DNA of 64,000 nt from an uncultured Chloroflexia bacterium (GCA_963728205.1 CAVSIV010000001.1:864001-928000), one strand, 5' to 3'. Counted from the first letter of the stretch, positions 17,855 to 27,776 are shown. Notes: generated by a model not told the origin, from the letters alone. Translations and numbers: made by a program.

Positions 17855-19746
17855 CGCGCCGCGGCCAGCGGCGCGCCGGCGGCGGGCTCGCGCGGGAGGT
17901 CGGCGGTCGTCTGCGCGGGCGTCGTCGGCGCCGGGGTGGCGGTCGCCGTCGCCCTCTCGTCGGGGAGCAGCGGGTTCGTCACGATCTGCGGCACCGCGGG
18001 CGCCTGTGCGGTGCCCTGCGGCGGCGGCGGGGGCGCCGAGGGCGGCACGTCGAGGTACTGCATGATGTCGGCGGCCACCTTCGCGAAGACCGGCGCAGCG
18101 ACCTCGCCGCCCAGGTTCACCGGCCCGCTCGGCTGGTCAATCTTCACGAGGGCCGAGACGCGCGCGTCTGGGTAGGGGATGAACCCGGCGAACGACGCGA
18201 TCGTGGTGTTCAGCTCGTAGCCGGTCGGGATCGACACGAGCGTCGTCCCGGTCTTGCCCGCGACCTGGTACCCGGGCACGCGCGCCAGGTGGTAGGGCTG
18301 CCCCTCCACCACGTCGTTCATCAGCGCCTCGACGGTCGCGGCCGTCTTCGGCGACACCACGCGCCGCACCTCCACCGGTTCGAACGTGCGCACGCTGTCG
18401 CCCGTGACGATGCGCGCCACGATGTACGGCCGCATCAGCAGCCCGCCGTTCGCGAACGAGTTGACGGCGGTCAGCATCTGCAGCGGCGTCACCGCGATGC
18501 CCTGGCCGTACGAGTTCGTCGCGAGGTCGGCCGGGTACCAGTTCGGGTCGTCCGGCGTGCGCATCAGGCCGTCTGCCTCGCCGGACAGCCCCACGTGCGT
18601 CGACTCGCCGAAGCCGAACTTCTGCACCGAGGGATAGAACTTCTCGGCGCCGATCTTCTCCGCGAGCCACACCGCGCCCGTGTTCAGCGACTGCTGCAGG
18701 AAGTACCGCAGCGTCACGACGCCGTGCGCCGAGAAGTCCCAGTTGCGGATCGTGTAGCCGCCGACCGTGACCGCGCCCTTGTCGTCGTAGGTCGATTCCG
18801 GCGTGACGAGCCCGAGCTCGAGGGCGGTCGCGGTCGTCACCGTCTTGAAGACGGAGCCGGGCTCGTAGAGATCGGTGACGACGCGGTTGCGCACGAGGTT
18901 CTCGAGATTCGGGTCGTTCAGGTTGACGTCGGACAGGTTGACCGTTGGGCGCGACGCCATCGCGAGGATGGCTCCGCTCCGCGGGTCCATCACGAGGATC
19001 TCACCGCTCTTCGCCTGGTATTGCTTGAGCGCCTCGTCGAGCCGCTTCTCGGCGATCGCCTGCATGAAGCGGTCGATCGTGAGCTGCACCGTGCCGCCCG
19101 ACTCCGGGGCCTGCTCGGTGCGCGGGCCGAACGCGATCGGCCGGCCGAGCGCGTCGCGCTCGGTGGAGATCCAGCCGGCCTTGCCCTTGAGCAGGTTGTT
19201 GAAGTCGGACTCGATGCCCCACAGCCCGTTGTGGTCGAGGCCGACGAAGCCGACCAGCTGGCCGGCGAGGTTCCCCTCCGGGTAGATGCGCTTCGACGAG
19301 GGCACGAGGTGCACGCCCCACAGCCCCTGGCGCTCGATGTCGAGCCCGATCGCGTAGTCGACGTTGCGCTGCACGATCGCGTCCCCGTTGTCCTGGTCGG
19401 TCCCGATCTGCACGAGGTGGGCGGGGTCTTCCTGCAGCAGCGCGCCGAGCTGCGTCGCCGACTGCTCGGCCTTCACGTGATCGCGCCAGAGGAAGCGGTC
19501 GATGTAGACGTCCCAGGTGTCGATCGAGGTCGCGAGCGGGTAGCCGGTGGCGTCGATGATCGCACCGCGCGGCGCCGGCACGTCCGCCGCGCCGAGGTGC
19601 GTCTGCGTCGCCTCCTTGAGGTACTGCGTGTGGTGCAGGACCTGGATGTCGACGAGGCGCGCGCCCAGCACGACGATCGCGACGGACATCAGTCCGGCGA
19701 CGACCCAGTGGCGCCAGGTGAGGTGATTCGGCCGGGAGTCGCTCAC
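17851..19746 (-). CDS. ftsI: Class B penicillin-binding protein (division transpeptidase)
   Basis: RGAIID, EPGSVFK (SxxK), SLN (SxN) and GKTGT. N-terminal TM helix, Pro/Thr tail, no PASTA domain seen. Confidence 0.9.
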   Translation of the reverse strand: MSDSRPNHLTWRHWVVAGLMSVAIVVLGARLVDIQVLHHTQYLKEATQTHLGAADVPAPRGAIIDATGYPLATSIDTWDVYIDRFLWRDHVKAEQSATQLGALLQEDPAHLVQIGTDQDNGDAIVQRNVDYAIGLDIERQGLWGVHLVPSSKRIYPEGNLAGQLVGFVGLDHNGLWGIESDFNNLLKGKAGWISTERDALGRPIAFGPRTEQAPESGGTVQLTIDRFMQAIAEKRLDEALKQYQAKSGEILVMDPRSGAILAMASRPTVNLSDVNLNDPNLENLVRNRVVTDLYEPGSVFKTVTTATALELGLVTPESTYDDKGAVTVGGYTIRNWDFSAHGVVTLRYFLQQSLNTGAVWLAEKIGAEKFYPSVQKFGFGESTHVGLSGEADGLMRTPDDPNWYPADLATNSYGQGIAVTPLQMLTAVNSFANGGLLMRPYIVARIVTGDSVRTFEPVEVRRVVSPKTAATVEALMNDVVEGQPYHLARVPGYQVAGKTGTTLVSIPTGYELNTTIASFAGFIPYPDARVSALVKIDQPSGPVNLGGEVAAPVFAKVAADIMQYLDVPPSAPPPPPQGTAQAPAVPQIVTNPLLPDERATATATPAPTTPAQTTADLPREPAAGAPLAAAR

Positions 19747-19819
19747 CCCGCTCGTCCCCTCGTCGTGCGATCGCTCGTCGCCATCGCCGCGCCGGCCGCG
19801 GTCGGGCGGCGCGTGTGCG

Positions 19820-20317
19820 CTAGTTGAAGCCGGGCAGCCTGCTCAGCCAGCGCTCCCACCAGTTCGTCCGCGGCGCCGTCACCGGTGTCGTCGGCGCGAC
19901 ATAGCGTCGCGGCAGCGGCACGACCGCCGGCGCGGGGACGTCGACCTGCACCTGGAGCGTCTCCTTCGGCGGGACCATGCCGAGGCGGTCCACCGCCTCC
20001 GAGTGCACGCGCTCGAGGTTCGACCGCTCGGCGACCTGCGCCTCGAGCTGGCCGACGTCGGCGGAGAGCTGCGCGCGCTGCTGGTCGAGCGTGTGCAGCT
20101 GGTAGCCCGTCTCGGCAACGTGGCTCGACTGCAGCACCTGGAAGATGCCGACGGCGCCCATCAGCAGCAGGACGAACGCGACAATCAGCAGGCGCGAGAG
20201 CCGCACCATCGCGCGGCGCACGCCGAGGCGCGGGCTGGCGAACGGCGGCGCGGCGCGGCCGGCGGCGGCGCCGAGGGCGGCGCGCGGCCGCGGGGCCGTG
20301 GGCTGCAGGGTCGTCAT
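19820..20317 (-). CDS. ftsL: Cell division protein FtsL-like (TM plus coiled coil)
   Basis: Lies between rsmH and ftsI. One TM helix, a heptad coiled coil, then RLGMVPP. Confidence 0.75.
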   Translation of the reverse strand: MTTLQPTAPRPRAALGAAAGRAAPPFASPRLGVRRAMVRLSRLLIVAFVLLLMGAVGIFQVLQSSHVAETGYQLHTLDQQRAQLSADVGQLEAQVAERSNLERVHSEAVDRLGMVPPKETLQVQVDVPAPAVVPLPRRYVAPTTPVTAPRTNWWERWLSRLPGFN

Positions 20318-21291
20318 CAGGCCGCCTGCCGCTCCGCGATCGCCGCGGCCGCGCGCAGGCGCGCCGAGCGGGAGCGGGGGTTGCGCGCGATCTCCTCGGG
20401 ACTCGCCTGGCGCGCGCCGCGGTGCACCGCGCGCAGCGTCGCGCGGTGGTCGCAGGTGCACACGGGCTGGCGCGGCGGGCAGATGCAGTCCCGCTCCTGG
20501 AGCCGGATGTATGCTTTGACCGCGCGATCCTCCAGCGAGTGGAACGCGATCACGACCAGGCGAGAGTCGGCGCCATCGAGCAGGCCGTGGGCCGCACTGA
20601 GCGCGGCCTCCAGGTGCGAAAGCTCCTGGTTGACCGCAATGCGCAGGGCCTGGAACGTGCGAGTGGCGGGGTGAATCCTCTCACGTCCCTTCCCACGTCC
20701 CACGGCCTGCTCGATGGCGCCGACCAGCTCCCCCGTCGTCCGCAGCGGCCGCCGCGCCACGATCGCCCGTGCGATCTGCCGGCTCCGCCGCTCGTCCCCG
20801 TACTCCCAGATCAGGGTCGCGAGCTGCTGCTCGTCGTACTCGTTGACGATCTCCTCCGCGGTCACCGGACCGTCGGGGTCCATGCGCATGTCCAGCGGAT
20901 CGTCCCGCTGGAACGAGAACCCGCGGCCGGGCTGCTCGAGCTGCAGGGACGACACCCCCAGGTCGAACAGCACCCCGTCGACCGGCGCGAAGTCGTGCGA
21001 CGCACAGATCTCGGCCAGCTCGGAGAAGTTGCCGCGCGCGAGAATCACTGCGTCACCATAACGGGATAACCGCTCACGTGCTATAGCGATTGCGTGATAG
21101 TCCTGGTCGATCCCCAGGAGCCGGCCGCCCGGCTGCGCCGCGTCGAGGATGGCAGCCGCGTGGCCGCCGAGCCCGACGGTCGCGTCGACATACCGGCCGC
21201 CCGGGCGCACCGCGAGGTCCTCGATCACCTCGGCGAGCATCACGGGCTCGTGCGAGGGGACGAAGGTGCCGGAGGGGTCGCCGGTCGTCAC
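20317..21291 (-). CDS. rsmH: 16S rRNA m4C1402 methyltransferase
   Basis: HEPVML, DATVGLGGH, DLGVSS, LDMRMD, HPATRTFQALRIAVN, FHSLEDR, NPRSRSA. Confidence 0.96.
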   Translation of the reverse strand: MTTGDPSGTFVPSHEPVMLAEVIEDLAVRPGGRYVDATVGLGGHAAAILDAAQPGGRLLGIDQDYHAIAIARERLSRYGDAVILARGNFSELAEICASHDFAPVDGVLFDLGVSSLQLEQPGRGFSFQRDDPLDMRMDPDGPVTAEEIVNEYDEQQLATLIWEYGDERRSRQIARAIVARRPLRTTGELVGAIEQAVGRGKGRERIHPATRTFQALRIAVNQELSHLEAALSAAHGLLDGADSRLVVIAFHSLEDRAVKAYIRLQERDCICPPRQPVCTCDHRATLRAVHRGARQASPEEIARNPRSRSARLRAAAAIAERQAA

Positions 21292-21713
21292 GCGTGGTCC
21301 TCGTCCTGCTCCGCCTCGAGGCGCTCGAGCTCCTGCGCCCAGCCCTTCGGCGTCCAGATCTCCAGGTAATCACCGCAGCCAACCACGACCGCGCGGCCGT
21401 CCAGCTGGCTCTCCGTCCGTAGCTGCTGGGGGACGAGCACACGGCCCTGGCGGTCGAGCTCGACGCCGTAGGCGCCGGGAAGGAAGCCGCGACGAGCGCG
21501 CCGTCCCTGCGCGCGCCGGTTGCTGTTGGTGTCCTCGGTGCCGAGCCGGCGCTCGACCTCTTCCTCGAAGGTCTGCTGCGTGTACATCTCGACGCAGCCC
21601 TCTGGCCCGATGCGCAGGACACCCCCATCGACGAACGCGGAACGGTAGCGGGCGGGGATTGCTACGCGCCCGCGTTCGTCGACGGAGTGCTCGAAGGTGC
21701 CGAAGAAGTACAC
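21288..21713 (-). CDS. mraZ: Division/cell wall cluster repressor MraZ
   Basis: FFGTFEHSVDERGRVAIP, ELDRQGRVLVP, GCGDYLEIW. GTG start with upstream SD. Confidence 0.93.
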   Translation of the reverse strand: MYFFGTFEHSVDERGRVAIPARYRSAFVDGGVLRIGPEGCVEMYTQQTFEEEVERRLGTEDTNSNRRAQGRRARRGFLPGAYGVELDRQGRVLVPQQLRTESQLDGRAVVVGCGDYLEIWTPKGWAQELERLEAEQDEDHA

Positions 21714-21752
21714 CGGCCTGGCCCCTTCGAATGTGCGGGGCGTGGGCGGTAA

Positions 21753-21808
21753 ACCCATTTCCCCCCACAACGCCCCACGACTCTACCATCCGCCCCATAG
21801 CCTGCCAA
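21753..21808 (-). promoter_or_regulatory. mraZ promoter with phased MraZ boxes
   Basis: Minus strand TTGGCA-17 nt-TAGAGT. TGGG motifs in 10-bp phase at 21753-57, 21763-67, 21773-77 and 21793-97, plus a degenerate one at 21784-88, as expected for MraZ autoregulation. Confidence 0.8.
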
Positions 21809-21941
21809 TAGAATGGATGTTCCGGTCCCATCTCTGGGCGCGCGGCGCGCTCGAGGTGCGCCGTGTTCCCGAGGCGGCCCCGGGACACGACGCCCCTGAA
21901 GCGCGCCGCGCGCCGTAGGATTCGTGCGAAGGGACGCGCTC

Positions 21942-22454
21942 GTGCCGCATCGCGCCGCCGTGCTCACCGTCAGCGACCTCGGCTCCCGCGGGCAGCGCGC
22001 CGACACCGCCGGCCCCGCCGTCGCTGCGCTGCTGCGCGACGCCGGCTTCGAGATCGCGGCGACGGCCCTCCTCCCCGACGAGCCCGACCAGATCGCCGCG
22101 CAGCTCCGTGCCTGGGCCGACGAGCTCGACGTCGCCCTCGCCGTCACCGCGGGCGGCACGGGCCTCTCGCCGCGCGACCGCACGCCCGAGGCCACGGCCC
22201 CGCTGCTGGACTACCGCGTCGAGGGCATGGAGCAGGCGATGCGCGCCGCGGGACTCGCGTCGACGCCGATGGCGATGCTGTCGCGCGGGCTCGTGGGCGT
22301 ACGCGGCCGCACCCTGATCGCGAACCTCCCGGGCTCCGAGCGCGGCGCCCGCGAGAACCTGCAGACGATCCTCCCGGTGCTCGAGCACGCCTGCTCGTCG
22401 CTGCGCGACGCCGGCGCGTCCGTCCGCGAGACCCACCGGCGGCTCGCGGAGTGA
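21942..22454 (+). CDS. mog: MogA/MoaB family molybdenum cofactor biosynthesis protein
   Basis: [42 protein letters not shown], and -10 TAGGAT at 21916. Confidence 0.88.
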   Translation: MPHRAAVLTVSDLGSRGQRADTAGPAVAALLRDAGFEIAATALLPDEPDQIAAQLRAWADELDVALAVTAGGTGLSPRDRTPEATAPLLDYRVEGMEQAMRAAGLASTPMAMLSRGLVGVRGRTLIANLPGSERGARENLQTILPVLEHACSSLRDAGASVRETHRRLAE

Positions 22455-23698
22455 CCCCCGCCGGCCCGGCGGAGCGCCCGCCGCTGCGCTTCGACGTCCT
22501 CACGATCTTCCCGGGCATGTTCTCCGGGCCGCTCGACGAGTCGATCCTGAAGCGCGCCCGCGAGGCGGCGCTGATCGACGTGCACCTCCACGACCTGCGC
22601 GCCTGGGCGACCGACCGCCACCACACCGTCGACGACTACCCCTTCGGCGGCGGTCCCGGGATGGTGATGAAGCCCGAGCCGCTGTTCGCCGCCATCGACG
22701 CCATCCAGGCCGAGGCCGAGCCGCGCGCGACCGTCGTCCTGCTCACGCCGCAGGGCCGCCGCCTCGACCGCGCGCTCGTCGACGAGCTCGCCGCGCACCC
22801 GCGCCTGCTCCTGGTCTGCGGTCGCTACGAGGGCGTCGACGAGCGCGTCCGCGAGCACGCCGTCGACCTCGAGGTGAGCGCGGCCGACGTCGTGCTCTCC
22901 GGCGGCGAGCTGCCGGCGCTGCTGCTCATCGACGCCGTGTCGCGTCGCATCCCGGGCGTCCTCGGCGGCGAGGGGTCGCTCGAAGAGGAGTCGTTCGAGG
23001 ACGGGCTGCTCGAGTACCCGCAGTACACGCGCCCGGCGGAGTTCCGCGGCTGGTCGGCGCCCGGCGTGCTGCTCTCGGGGAACCACGGCGCCGTCGAGCA
23101 GTGGCGCCGCCGGTTGCGCGTGGAGCGCACCGCCGAGCGGCGGCCCGACCTCCTCGAACGCGCCGTCCTCACCCCGGACGAGCGGCGCGCCCTCACCGGC
23201 GACCCCGGCTTCGCGCAGATCCGTCGCGGCGACACGATCTTCCAGGTGCGCGTCGCCGCGGTGGCGACGTCGCGCGGGCGCGTCCTCCTCCACCGCACCG
23301 CCGGCGCCGACGCCTGGTCGCTCCCCGGCGGCCGCCTGCGCGTCGGCGAGCGCATCGCCGACGCGATCGCGCGCGAGCTGCGCGAGGAGGCGCGCATGAC
23401 GGCGGAGCCGGGCGACGTGCTCTGGGTGCACGAGACGTTCTTCGACGCGCGCTCCGCGTGGGACGGCCCCGGCGGCGGCGACGTGCTGACGCACCACGAG
23501 ATCGGCGTCTATGTCGACGTCCGCGTGCCGCCGCGCTTCGAGGAGCGCGAGACGTTCGGCGGGCTGGAGCTCGCCGGCACCGAGCACGAGTTCCGGCTCG
23601 AGTTCCGCTGGTGCGCGCCCGCCGATCTCGACGCGCTGGACGTGCGCCCGGAGCCGATCCTCCCCCGTCTGCGCGAGCATCTCGCGGCTCGACGGTAG
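22451..23698 (+). CDS. trmD: tRNA (guanine-N1)-methyltransferase TrmD fused to a C-terminal NUDIX domain
   Basis: [47 protein letters not shown], then in frame [21 protein letters not shown]. 415 aa. Confidence 0.92.
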   Translation: MTPAGPAERPPLRFDVLTIFPGMFSGPLDESILKRAREAALIDVHLHDLRAWATDRHHTVDDYPFGGGPGMVMKPEPLFAAIDAIQAEAEPRATVVLLTPQGRRLDRALVDELAAHPRLLLVCGRYEGVDERVREHAVDLEVSAADVVLSGGELPALLLIDAVSRRIPGVLGGEGSLEEESFEDGLLEYPQYTRPAEFRGWSAPGVLLSGNHGAVEQWRRRLRVERTAERRPDLLERAVLTPDERRALTGDPGFAQIRRGDTIFQVRVAAVATSRGRVLLHRTAGADAWSLPGGRLRVGERIADAIARELREEARMTAEPGDVLWVHETFFDARSAWDGPGGGDVLTHHEIGVYVDVRVPPRFEERETFGGLELAGTEHEFRLEFRWCAPADLDALDVRPEPILPRLREHLAARR

Positions 23699-23766
23699 TC
23701 GCGGCGCGCGAATAGACTGTTGCGACCGAATCGACCCACTACGTCCACAGCGAGCCGGGGACCGTC

Positions 23767-24111
23767 ATGAGCATCGATCTGCGCACACTTGCCCAGCCGG
23801 CCAACCCCGCGCTGCCGGACTTCTCGGCCGGCGACACCATCCGCGTCCTCGTGCGCGTGGTCGAGGGCGACCGCGAGCGCCTGCAGCCCTTCGAGGGCGT
23901 CGTCATTCGCGTGAAGAACGGCCCGGCCGGCAACTTCACCGTGCGGCGCATCGCCTCGGGCGTCGGCGTGGAGCGCACCTTCCCGTTCAACAGCCCGCGC
24001 GTGGAGCAGGTCGAGGTCACGCGCCGCGGCCGCACGCGCCGCTCGCGCCTCTACTACCTCCGCGGCCTCACCGGCCGCGCGGCGCGGGTGAAGGAAGCGC
24101 GCCGCACGTAA
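23767..24111 (+). CDS. rplS: 50S ribosomal protein L19
   Basis: [47 protein letters not shown]. Confidence 0.97.
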   Translation: MSIDLRTLAQPANPALPDFSAGDTIRVLVRVVEGDRERLQPFEGVVIRVKNGPAGNFTVRRIASGVGVERTFPFNSPRVEQVEVTRRGRTRRSRLYYLRGLTGRAARVKEARRT

Positions 24112-24130
24112 CTCCCGCGCTCCGCGCTGC

Positions 24131-24170
24131 ACGCGAGACGCCCGCCGTTCGGCGGGCGTCTCGCGTTCCG
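24131..24170 (+). terminator. Hairpin terminator after rplS
   Basis: Perfect 16-bp stem ACGCGAGACGCCCGCC-GTTC-GGCGGGCGTCTCGCGT with a short pyrimidine tail. Confidence 0.65.
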
Positions 24171-24255
24171 CTATCTGCCTGCGCTCGTCGCTCGACCTCG
24201 CGGCCTCGCTCGTCGCTCCGGCGAGCGCGCGGGTGCTGCGGAGGCGCTCCGTCGC

Positions 24256-24292
24256 GCCCCTCTCCGCGCAGCGGAGAGGGGCAGGGGTGAGG
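24256..24292. repeat. REP-like palindrome, family C (CCCCTCTCC..GGAGAGGGG-AGGGGTGAGG)
   Basis: 12-bp stem GCCCCTCTCCGC/GCGGAGAGGGGC followed by GGGGTGAGG. Resembles a widespread intergenic repeat type (recognised from memory). Confidence 0.6.
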
Positions 24293-24309
24293 TCCGTCTG
24301 ATCGCCCCC

Positions 24310-27054
24310 ATGCCCGCCCCCACCGGTCCCCGCTCCCGCTACGTGAAGGTCGCCGTCAACGCCGGCCGTCCCACCTTCCTCACCTTCTCCTACGCGGTGC
24401 CGGCCGGGCGCGACGTCGCACCGGGCGAGGTCGTCCACGTGCCGTTCGGCCGGCGCACGCTGCAGGGGGTGGTCGTCGAGGGGCCGTTCGACACGCCGGG
24501 GTACGACCCCGAGGCCGTGCGCACGCTCGAGCCGCCGCTCGACGACGCCCCGCGCATCGGCCGCGACCGTCTCGCGCTCGCCGCGTGGATCCGCGACACC
24601 TACCTCGCGCCGCCGTGGGAGTCGTTCGCGCTCTTCCTGCCGCCCGGCGCCGGCGAGCGCCCGCAGAGCGCGCTCGTGCGCGCGCCGGGGGCGGCCGAGG
24701 CGGGCGCGCTCTCCGCGCACCAGGCCGCGCTGCTCGGCGCGCTCGACGACGAGGAGCCGCGCGACGTCGACGACCTCAAGCGCGCCCTCCGCGCGACCGT
24801 TCCCGCGCGCCAGTTCGACGCGGCGGCGACGGCGCTCGTGCGCCGTGGGCTCGCCGAGCGGCGCTACGGGCTCGCGCGTCCGCGCGGCCGCGCGCGCATC
24901 GCGGAGGTGGTGCGGCTCGCGGTGCCGGCCGCCGACGCGCGCGCGTTCGCGGCCGGCATCGAGGGCCGCCGGCCCTCGCCGCGCGCCCGCGCGCTGCGTG
25001 CGCTGCTCGTCGCCGAGGGCGGGCCGCTGCCGTACGACGACGTCGTGCGCGCCGCGCGCAGCCCCGACGCCGTCGCGGCGCTCGTCGCCGACGGCGCCCT
25101 CCGCCGCGTCCCGCCACCCGACGGCGGCGCCGCCGACGGCGGTGCCGCGCCGCAGCTCGCGCTGGCGCTCGCGCCGGACGCGACCGCGCAGCGCCTGCGC
25201 GTTCTCTCGCGCGGACAGGTGGACGCGGCCGCCGCGACCGTTCTCGAGCGCCTCGCGGCGCTCGCCGCCGACGGCCGCGATCCCGTCGTCCCCCTGCGCG
25301 CGTTCTCCGACGCGCTCGGCGCGCCGGCGCGCCGAGCCGTCGCGAAGCTCGCCGACGCCGGGCACGTGCGCGTGCAGGAGGTGCTCGACCGCCGCGACCC
25401 GCTGCGCGACCTCCAGGTCGTGCGCCGCCATGCCGTCGAGCTGATCGGCGAGCAGCGCGAGGCGGCCGCGGCGATCCGCGAGGCCATCGATGCGCGCGAC
25501 GGCGCCGGTTTCGTCCTGCGCGGCGTCACCGGCAGCGGCAAGACGGAGGTCTACCTCGACGCGCTGCAGCACGCCGTCGAGCACGGGCGGCGCGGCATCG
25601 TGCTCGTCCCCGAGATCGCGCTCACCCCGCAGACCGTGCGCCGCTTCGCCGAGCGCTTCCCCGGCCGCGTCGGCGTGCTGCACTCCGGCCTCGCGCTCGG
25701 CGAGGCGTTCGACGAGTGGCACGAGATCGCGCGCGGCGCGTACGACGTCGTCATCGGCTCACGCTCGGCGATCTTCGCGCCGCAGCCCGACCTCGCGCTG
25801 ATCGTCATCGACGAGGCGCACGAGTGGACCTACAAGCAGCACGACCCGGCGCCCCGCTACGACGCCCGCGCCGTCTCCTCCGAGCTCGCGCGGCAGTCGG
25901 GCGCGGCCGTCGTCTTCGGCTCCGCCACTCCCGACGTCGAGCGCTGGTACGCGGCGTCGACGGGCGACCTGGTGCGGCTCGACCTGCCGCACCGCATCCG
26001 TCGCGTCGCGCAGCCCGACGGCTCCACCGCGCTGTGGCCGCGGGACGACCTGCCGCCGGTCGACATCGTCGACATGCGCGGCTCGACGACGCTCTTCTCG
26101 CCGGAGCTGGTCGACGCGATCGGCGACGTGATCGACCGCGACGAGCAGGCGATCCTCTTCCTCAACCGTCGCGGCCTGGCCGGCTATCTGCTCTGCCCCA
26201 GGGGCCACTCGCCGACGTGCTCGTCGTGCGACGTGTCGCTCTCGCTGCACGACGCGAACCGGCTGATCTGCCACCAGTGCGGGCGCACGCGTCGCCTGCC
26301 GCCGCGCTGCGAGGACGGCGGCTGCGGGCTGCCGCTGCGCCAGGTGCGCGCCGGCACGCAGCGCGTCGAGCAGGAGGTGCAGGCGCACTTCCCGTCGGCG
26401 CGCGTCGTGCGGTGGGATCGCGATACCGCGCGCACGGCCGAGCAGCACGAGGCGATCCTGCAGCGCTTCGTGCGCCACGAGGCCGACATCCTCGTCGGCA
26501 CGCAGATGGTCGCGAAGGGGCTCGACCTGCCGCTCGTCACGCTCGTCGGCGTGGTGCTCGCCGACTACACGCTGCGGGAGGGCGACTTCCGCGCGCGCGA
26601 GCGGACGTTCCAGCTGCTCGTGCAGGTGTCGGGCCGCGCCGGCCGCGCCGAGCGCAACGGCCGGGTGATCGTGCAGACGCTGCAGCCCGACGACCCGGCG
26701 GTGATCGCCGCCGCCACGCACGACCTGGACACGTTCTACGAGGAGGAGCTGGCGTGGCGTGCCGAGCACGGCTACCCGCCGTTCAGCCGGCTCGTGCGCC
26801 TGCTGTTCAGCCACACGAACGCCGCCTTCGCCGCCGAAGAGGCGCGCCGCCTCGCCGAGGAGCTGCGCACGCGCGCCGCCGGCGTGCCCGGCATCCGCAT
26901 CGACGGCCCGATGCCGCCGCAGGTGCCGCGCATCCGCGGCCGCCACCGCTGGTCGATCCTCCTGCGCGGCGACGATCCGGCCGAGGTGGTGCGGAGCCTG
27001 GAGGAGCTGCCCCCCGGCTGGGTCGTGGACGTCGACCCGCTGGTGGTGACGTAG
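24310..27054 (+). CDS. priA: Primosomal protein N' (replication restart helicase), 914 aa
   Basis: VPFGRR, GVTGSGKTEVY, LVPEIALTPQ, DEAHE, YKQ, GSATP, FLNRRG, Cys-rich region, GTQMVAKG, QVSGRAGR, YPPF. Confidence 0.95.
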   Translation: MPAPTGPRSRYVKVAVNAGRPTFLTFSYAVPAGRDVAPGEVVHVPFGRRTLQGVVVEGPFDTPGYDPEAVRTLEPPLDDAPRIGRDRLALAAWIRDTYLAPPWESFALFLPPGAGERPQSALVRAPGAAEAGALSAHQAALLGALDDEEPRDVDDLKRALRATVPARQFDAAATALVRRGLAERRYGLARPRGRARIAEVVRLAVPAADARAFAAGIEGRRPSPRARALRALLVAEGGPLPYDDVVRAARSPDAVAALVADGALRRVPPPDGGAADGGAAPQLALALAPDATAQRLRVLSRGQVDAAAATVLERLAALAADGRDPVVPLRAFSDALGAPARRAVAKLADAGHVRVQEVLDRRDPLRDLQVVRRHAVELIGEQREAAAAIREAIDARDGAGFVLRGVTGSGKTEVYLDALQHAVEHGRRGIVLVPEIALTPQTVRRFAERFPGRVGVLHSGLALGEAFDEWHEIARGAYDVVIGSRSAIFAPQPDLALIVIDEAHEWTYKQHDPAPRYDARAVSSELARQSGAAVVFGSATPDVERWYAASTGDLVRLDLPHRIRRVAQPDGSTALWPRDDLPPVDIVDMRGSTTLFSPELVDAIGDVIDRDEQAILFLNRRGLAGYLLCPRGHSPTCSSCDVSLSLHDANRLICHQCGRTRRLPPRCEDGGCGLPLRQVRAGTQRVEQEVQAHFPSARVVRWDRDTARTAEQHEAILQRFVRHEADILVGTQMVAKGLDLPLVTLVGVVLADYTLREGDFRARERTFQLLVQVSGRAGRAERNGRVIVQTLQPDDPAVIAAATHDLDTFYEEELAWRAEHGYPPFSRLVRLLFSHTNAAFAAEEARRLAEELRTRAAGVPGIRIDGPMPPQVPRIRGRHRWSILLRGDDPAEVVRSLEELPPGWVVDVDPLVVT

Positions 27055-27059
27055 TCTCC

Positions 27060-27185
27060 CGGCGAGCGGAGGGCGTGTCGCCCTCCGACTCACGGCGGGG
27101 GACCGCAGAAGTTCGAACCGGCGGCAAGCGTGAGCGTTCGCGGCGTCCCGTCCGAGTCGGAGGGCGACACGCCCTCCGCTCGCCG
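27060..27185. repeat. REPIN-like inverted pair, family A
   Basis: Perfect 32-bp inverted repeat (27060-27091 and 27154-27185). Each arm holds CGGAGGGCG-N3-CGCCCTCCG. Confidence 0.85.
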
Positions 27186-27245
27186 CCCTGCCGCGCGCCG
27201 GGCGCCAAAAGACGCTGCCGCGAACCTTCGATACACTCGGCCGCG

Positions 27246-27776
27246 ATGACCGTTCGTCCCATCCGCTATCTGGGCGATCCCGTGCTGCGCCGGCCCGCCA
27301 GGAAGGTGCACCGGGTCGACGACTCGATCCGCCGCCTGATCGCGGACATGACCGAGTCGATGATCGCCGCGCAGGGCGTGGGCATCGCCGCGCCCCAGAT
27401 CGGGGTCAGTCTGCGGGTCGTCGTCATCGGCATGCCCGACGAGGAGCCGTTCGCGCTGATCAACCCCGTCGTCATCCGCCGCTCCGGCGAGCGCCGGCTC
27501 GACGAGGGCTGTCTCTCCGTGCCGGGCTACCGCGGGAACCTCACCCGCTCGATGCGCGTCACGGTGAAGGCGCTCGACGAGAACGGCCGCGAGATCCGCG
27601 TGAAGGCCGAGGACGACCTGCTCGCGCAGGCGCTGGAGCACGAGACGGATCACGTCAACGGCGTCGTCTACGTCGACCGGCTCGACTCGAAGGACGACCT
27701 CGTGAAGATCGAGACGACCTACGCGACGGCCGCGCGCGACGAGCGCGCCGGCGCCGTCGGTGGGGACGGCGGGTAG
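27246..27776 (+). CDS. def: Peptide deformylase
   Basis: GVGIAAPQIG, EGCLS, HETDH. -10 TACACT lies 8 nt upstream of the ATG. Confidence 0.95.
   Translation: MTVRPIRYLGDPVLRRPARKVHRVDDSIRRLIADMTESMIAAQGVGIAAPQIGVSLRVVVIGMPDEEPFALINPVVIRRSGERRLDEGCLSVPGYRGNLTRSMRVTVKALDENGREIRVKAEDDLLAQALEHETDHVNGVVYVDRLDSKDDLVKIETTYATAARDERAGAVGGDGG

Noticed and set aside
21811-21822. LexA-like site GAAT-GGAT-GTTC beside the mraZ -35
   Set aside because: One core mismatch and no independent support, so not claimed.
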